A DNA stretch of 64,000 bases from Tubulanus polymorphus. Taxonomy: Eukaryota; Animalia; Nemertea. The stretch spans positions 23,416,299 through 23,480,298 of the forward strand of contig NC_134025.1 of NCBI RefSeq assembly GCF_964204645.1, given 5' to 3'. The position numbers and the translations under genes were made by a program. Below, piece by piece: positions 58,566 through 64,000 of this stretch; position 1 is the stretch's first letter; each line of letters opens with the position of its first letter. A model generated the notes under the pieces. It searched no databases. It had not been told where the DNA came from and saw only the letters and a list, made by a program, of their open reading frames with translations.

Positions 58566-61500
58566 TCAAGTGCATACGCATAGCACCTGGGAACTAGAGT
58601 AGAAACACTGAATTGGTACTAACGTCAGTATTGGCATCTCTGGGCTTGGCAGACTAGCATTTAGCTCTTGAATACCTGCAATGGAGATAAACAAATTGTC
58701 ACAGCCTTTCAAGCGTGTGAAACAAACAATGCGCACTAAATGTTCTGAAATTGTTGCACCAGGTCCAAGTCATGCAATATTATTACTTCATAATATATAA
58801 GGCCGTGTTTGTCGAATGTGATGAACACAAACTAACATAAATGTAAAGATCTCCATGTGATAAGGTCGGTACGATAGAATAGAGTCCAAGCTGGAGGTAA
58901 TCTGTATTCATGCAGGTAATCAATTATCAACGATTGAAGAATAGATTTGACATCTACATCGGAGACAGCAACACCTTTCAGAGAACTGGCTGAAAAGGAG
59001 AATTAAGTTTAATGGAGGGCTGATATGTTACTGACAGTGACAAAATGATCACTCATATTACATAAAGGCTCTTTTGAACACATCTTTCGACTACCAGTAC
59101 CTGGTACCTTGAGTTACTTTTACAGACCTATTAGCATATAGCAAAACTATGGAATTCATTCCCTACTCCCTACACTTACATGTACTTATTTTAACATGCA
59201 TTGCACCAGTTACTTCATCTCGATAGTGAATTTTGATATCACCAGTCAGATCGCCAATTTTCATTTCATTTTGGATCCCTTAAAAAGCAAGGAAACTCCC
59301 TATATCATAAAATATATGTACATATACATACCACAATTTGTGACCTCCATATCAGATGGCCTACAAGGTTTCCTAACCTCTCCTTACCTGTGTAGCTTTC
59401 ATCACTAGGGTCAGCATACACTTGCCACTCAACTGATGCGCATTTAGGTAAGCTCGACACTACTACAACTTCTATAAGGGGCTTGATGTTATGCTAATAG
59501 GTAAATAAAATTGTAACATTTGATACTTGAAATATATTCAGAAAATGTAGTAAATGCAATAGAAACTATATACATGTGAATAAGCATACTGGTAAGTCAG
59601 GGCAATGTTTGAATTTGAATAATAAGTAAAACAATTGAGAGGATTCTGCAGGACGAGGGAACTCCATTCAATCATTTCAATCAAAACCGTGTTTTTCTCA
59701 CAGTGTTTTTGTGCAATTGTGATGAATAACAAATATTGAGAACCAGACAGATACACTCATTACAGCTAAAAAAGAACGCCATCGTTATGCATATAGAAAT
59801 CAGTCATTGCTGTCAATAATAAACATCATAAAGCCATCAATCATCTATACGTCAACGCAGAGGCGTAAAACAAATATGAGTTTCAAGGATCGAAAGTTGA
59901 TCTCGTTGTACAGTTATAAATTGGTACGTAGGCCTAGTCTGAAAAATAATTCAACTCGACTGATCAAATTTTACTGGTCATTTCCCCTTTGTGGAATATG
60001 TTTTTTGCATACTGACCGGTAATCAAGGTCACATTTGGTGAATGCAGTATGAAACAAATATTACTTATAACCATATTTAACATACCTGCGTATTTTCAAT
60101 AGCCCGCTTCCATTCGCTCATAGCTTTTAGAATATACGACCACCTCGTCACGTAACAAACAGCTGACACGATTGAGTTTAGATTCGTTCGAGGACACACA
60201 GCGCGCAGCACTCGTTTCACGTGTCGTAGGGAAAGTCGTGATTCAGCGATCAAACCTCCGGGTATAACGCACAGATTAGCAGGACGTAATGCAATCTGAC
60301 CAGCCACAAATACTCGGTCATTAATCTGAAATTCACAGAAGACAAAGTTGAAGGTTTTACTGTACAGAGGAGGTTTTTAAAAAGTTTGGAGTGGTACAGA
60401 TTAATCGAATTAGACAATATTGAATGTATGTCACATCATGCAAATTAAACATTTTTTAACTACGGTAGATATTATACCAGACCCTGTTCCACAGTTGTGA
60501 GTTAGAGTAAACTCTGAGTTAAAGTTAGTTCATTTTCAATGAGTTAACTCAGAGTAAAATCTTAACTCTGAACTGTGGAACTGGACCCAGGTTATGCGTT
60601 GTTGGGTTTCATAGATAATTCGTAGAACTATAGTTTATCTGTTTTATCCATACATTACTTAATCAGTACTAAAAACATACGGATAAACTGAGGTGTTAAC
60701 TAGGCCTGGTAGAATTTACCTTCACTGCTTGACTGTATGGGCCAATATTAGCCGGTGCCCAGTGGGATAGTCCTTGTACATGAAGAGTTTTTCGTTCATT
60801 ACATTTACAGGCAAAACAATCAACTTGTAAGAGGAAAGGATCTGGTAGGTTTACCTCAACACAAACTCTACAAAATAACCAGTATAGTCCTCAATAACAA
60901 TACATTTTTTTAAATGTCAAAGTTTGAAGTTATTCTGTTTATCCCAGTAGTCGACTGTTATCTACCTTGCCGGTGGATTCAGGTCAAAAAATTTCTTATA
61001 AGCGAGGTTTATGTATTTGAAATCATTCATATCCTGAACGAACAAGTGAAGCACCACAATATCTGACATCAGGAATTCACGCGCACAGAGCACACTACGT
61101 AATCTCTCCATTACCGAATACGTCATATCTTCAACAGATTCGTGCATCTGTTTCAGTCCGTACAATCCAGATACATAGAAAGCGCCGCTATCACTGGAAG
61201 ATGTGTCCATAACACATACTGGGTTAGAATCTGATAACAATTTCATATCCAACTGTTCCGGTAGATTGAGCAAATTGTTTACGCTTTTATCATCATCACA
61301 ATCCAAAGCTGTTCCGTCGAAATCGTCGAGTTTGAGTTCTTTGATTAAATCGGAATCTCGTTTCATTGGTAAATCTTCGACACGCTGTAACTGTGACTGA
61401 GAAATATCCTAGAAAATCAATAGGACGGAACAATATACAGTAGACTCTTCTTTGGCTAGGTAGGCTTGGATGCGGGTAGACAAGGTGGCCACTTTCCATC

Positions 61501-63423
61501 TATTTACAAATTTCTCTGAATTTTTTTCTAGATTTTTCTGATTCTCAAAAGTTTTCCAGGTTTTCCAGGTCAGATTGATGTAAAATCAACCACAATGAGT
61601 AGTTCGTTAAAAGAGCAAATTCATGATCATGAAAGAGGAGTCTACAATGAAGCAATTATTCCGCACTTACCAAACCAATTTTATCAATAAGCTCCACTTG
61701 TCTGAGGTTCATGTAACCAACTGGGCTCATTACATCATCACATTCGATATGTCGTTCATCTTTTATACTGTTAAGCGTAATAATAAGTACAAAGAGAATA
61801 ATCAGTACAATCACAGTTTCAGCACTAGATCGAGAAGATTAAAAAAAATATCATACTACATCACTGGCTTACACTTTTAATCTTTTGTTGAAAAGTGGAC
61901 AATCTAAGGTAAATGTTTCATATTCACCTCCTTCACCACAAACATTTAAACCAAACTTTTCTTTCTGGTTTGAATGCAAAAAAAGAAAAAAGTTCTATCA
62001 ATATTATGAAGCACTTAGAAACTGAATCTGAATACCAGTTAGAAAATGATTTGCTTACCATCTCGAGAAATTCTGAATAGGCATTTTCCAATGTCCTTCC
62101 AAGGAACCTAGAAGGCACGAGACCTTAAATCATAGAAATATGAATATTTGAACATGTACAACCGGATAAGAAGAAAACGATTTATCAGATTCTCAAACTA
62201 AAACTCAACACCAACAATACCAGAACCCCAGGTAATTATATGTCCCCTGAAAGAGTTTGAAATATCTTAACCAATATTTACTCAAAATTGCAATGTTTCT
62301 TTATTTACCCCATGAAGCTACCTTAATGATGATAGCATCGATTCCACATTTGATCATTTCATACAACAGCTCGGATTGATCTCTTCGCCACAAATATGCG
62401 AGTGGCGTCAAACCCAGACGATAACAGCTAGATACAAAATGAAAACCAAGAGAATCTTTACTACAGATATTTCACAATTGAAATGTACAATCGTGAATAC
62501 AAAGGTGTTAATGAAACATACACATTTTCGACTCTGACGCGTTGATAGTCTGATAGAATAGCACCGACCGATACTGCGTCTATATTCTCTTTTTCCTGAA
62601 ATATTGAAATAAATTAGTGCAACTACTGAGAAATACAGTGATTCTAGTAGTGAATCCATGTAGTGAATCAAGACTTCCCCCGAATGACTAATGATTGTTT
62701 TTGTTCACCTTCATCTCACTGAGAAGAGCATAAAGATCTTCTACTTCATCTTCATCATTTTTCTGATAGTCGGTTCCAATTGATACAGATGAACCTTTGA
62801 TTTGTCGCCTGTAAAGAGGTACACTCATTGCCTCGGCGTACAGTTCAATTGCCTGGTGTCCAACTGTTTGGAACATATAGCTATCAAGTTCATCTGCAAA
62901 TGAATAGTTAATGCACCAGCTTTTGAAGAGAGGCACAGTGGTCGCATGGTTTTAAGCCGCCGGTCATAATCGTCTCGTAAAACCAGGGTTCATGGGTTAA
63001 AATCCTGGTGGTGACAAGAGTTTCTTGGTCGAAGGTTCTTCTCTGGTCTCTCCCCAATTGGGTAAAAGAAACATCAAACTTGGTAATAATGCCCTACGTG
63101 GTACTCAGTGGGTTGAGGGTATTAAAAACAGCTTTTGATTGAACGTAATCAAACAATTCTCCAGGATAAATACCTTTACTTTCAGGATGTAAATTTCCTA
63201 GGGCAATGATTTCGTGACCATGAGCAACACACTGCATCATATTGTAACAACTATCTTTGCCTCCACTGAAAATATTATTAGATATGCCATCTGTTTGTTC
63301 TGGGAATGGTTTCGTGCGGTAGTTAGTACGACCACAACATCGATATTCCGCACCAATTTCAGTAAATCTATACTTTAAAGCGGAGTAAAATTCAGCATAC
63401 CTGATAAGCGCAGCAACCCGCAT
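58566..63423 (-). CDS. DPH6: Diphthine--ammonia ligase, long form with C-terminal RidA/YjgF-like domains, ~681 aa. Exons 63423-63401, 63265-63174, 62893-62709, 62595-62522, 62427-62309, 62123-62059, 61964-61873, 61767-61671, 61408-60966, 60867-60720, 60325-60086, 59493-59388, 59278-59180, 58989-58837, 58675-58566
   Basis: Motifs are the PP-loop MRVAALISGGKDSCYNMMQCV, DELDSYMFQTVGH, VSVGAILSDYQRQSRENVC, LAYLWRRDQ and NVCGEGGEYETFTLDCPLF. The C-terminal region has NPPARVCVE, LHVQGLSHWAPANIGPYSQA, FVAGQIAL and LPKCASVEWQ. Phases close at 2046 nt; the last three exons rest on phase logic only. Confidence 0.93.
60478..60591. mobile_element. Short palindromic MITE in a DPH6 intron
   Basis: GTTCCACAGTTGTGAGTTA...ACTCTGAGTTAA is mirrored by TTAACTCAGAGT...TAACTCTGAACTGTGGAAC. 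Confidence 0.65.
62932..63085 (+). mobile_element. tRNA-derived SINE-like remnant, antisense in DPH6 intron 2
   Basis: A-box-like TGGTCGCATGGT and B-box-like GGTTAAAATCC at Pol III spacing. No complete cloverleaf is visible. Confidence 0.5.
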
Positions 63424-63609
63424 CGTGAAGTCCCTTTATCGCGCGATTCAAGAAATCATGAAAGGTGTGAATAAGGAAAATCGGTTCGGAAAATGATCAG
63501 AGCAAAAAAATTGAAAAACGCTTCCCGCTCCACATAAATATTCAATTCAATCGTATCTTTATTTAAAATCCGAATCCAGATTTTACGCTTAACCAACACG
63601 AACGATAAA
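63424..63609. promoter_or_regulatory. Bidirectional promoter of DPH6 and PNN
   Basis: Only 186 bp separate the divergent ATGs. An E2F-like TTCCCGC lies near 63522, and a YY1-like AAAATGGCG overlaps the PNN start codon. Confidence 0.75.
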
Positions 63610-63710
63610 ATGGCGTCGGTCGATGGTTTGCACGAGCAGTTATTGAAGGCCCGAGAAAACCTCAAGTCAGTAGATGAGAACATTAAAAAACTCACGGGAC
63701 GAACATTTAG
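63610..63710 (+). CDS. PNN: Pinin, first coding exon (gene continues beyond the window)
   Basis: MASVDGLHEQLLKARENLKSVDENIKKLTGR resembles the pinin N-terminus (LQEQLEKAKESLKNVDENIRKLTGR). The donor AG|GTGAGA is at 63711. Confidence 0.88.
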
Positions 63711-64000
63711 GTGAGAAGCTTTAACTGTGATTGAATTTTAAAGCTACTGTTCCTTCATGTGACCTCTAAATAAACGAGTATTTAATCCTTTGTGGACGAA
63801 CTAATTAGCAAAAGAAACAGTGCCAGTAACTATGGCAGTTACTATTGAACGTATTACCGTTTAAGAATAGCTATTCTCAGATTTCAAACTTTCGGCCAAA
63901 CTTTCTACTGCAGCCATCTATATGGTTAACAGATTAGGCTCATCCGGAATAGGTAGAGTGTATTATTATAGTCGAAATGAATGCGTCAGATGAGAATTCC

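Overview
This is an AT-rich, intron-containing metazoan window, probably from an invertebrate; the species cannot be determined from sequence alone. It holds five protein-coding genes with complete CDSs, reconstructed by hand from splice sites and reading-frame phase: FRMD8/iTAP (-, 12 exons), a tau-tubulin kinase (+, 7 coding exons), a serine palmitoyltransferase small subunit (-, 2 coding exons), a Na+/Ca2+ exchanger (+, 7 core coding exons plus candidate 18-nt and 60-nt CBD2 cassettes) and a long-form DPH6 with a C-terminal RidA/YjgF-like region (-, 15 exons). It also holds the first exon of pinin (+), head-to-head with DPH6. The most notable observations are: (i) a U12 minor-spliceosome intron in SPTSS, about 59% of which is a near-perfect ~227-bp-arm foldback; (ii) in-frame micro/cassette exons in the NCX CBD2 region flanked by QKI/Rbfox/CELF-type motifs, followed by an acceptor with a ~105-nt AG-exclusion zone; (iii) a diverged palindrome made of two divergent tRNA-like (B-box) units; and (iv) a MITE family with CAGGGGCGGATC-type termini and 5-bp target-site duplications. 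No CRISPR, rRNA or intact tRNA gene was seen. No database search was run, so gene names rest on remembered motifs.
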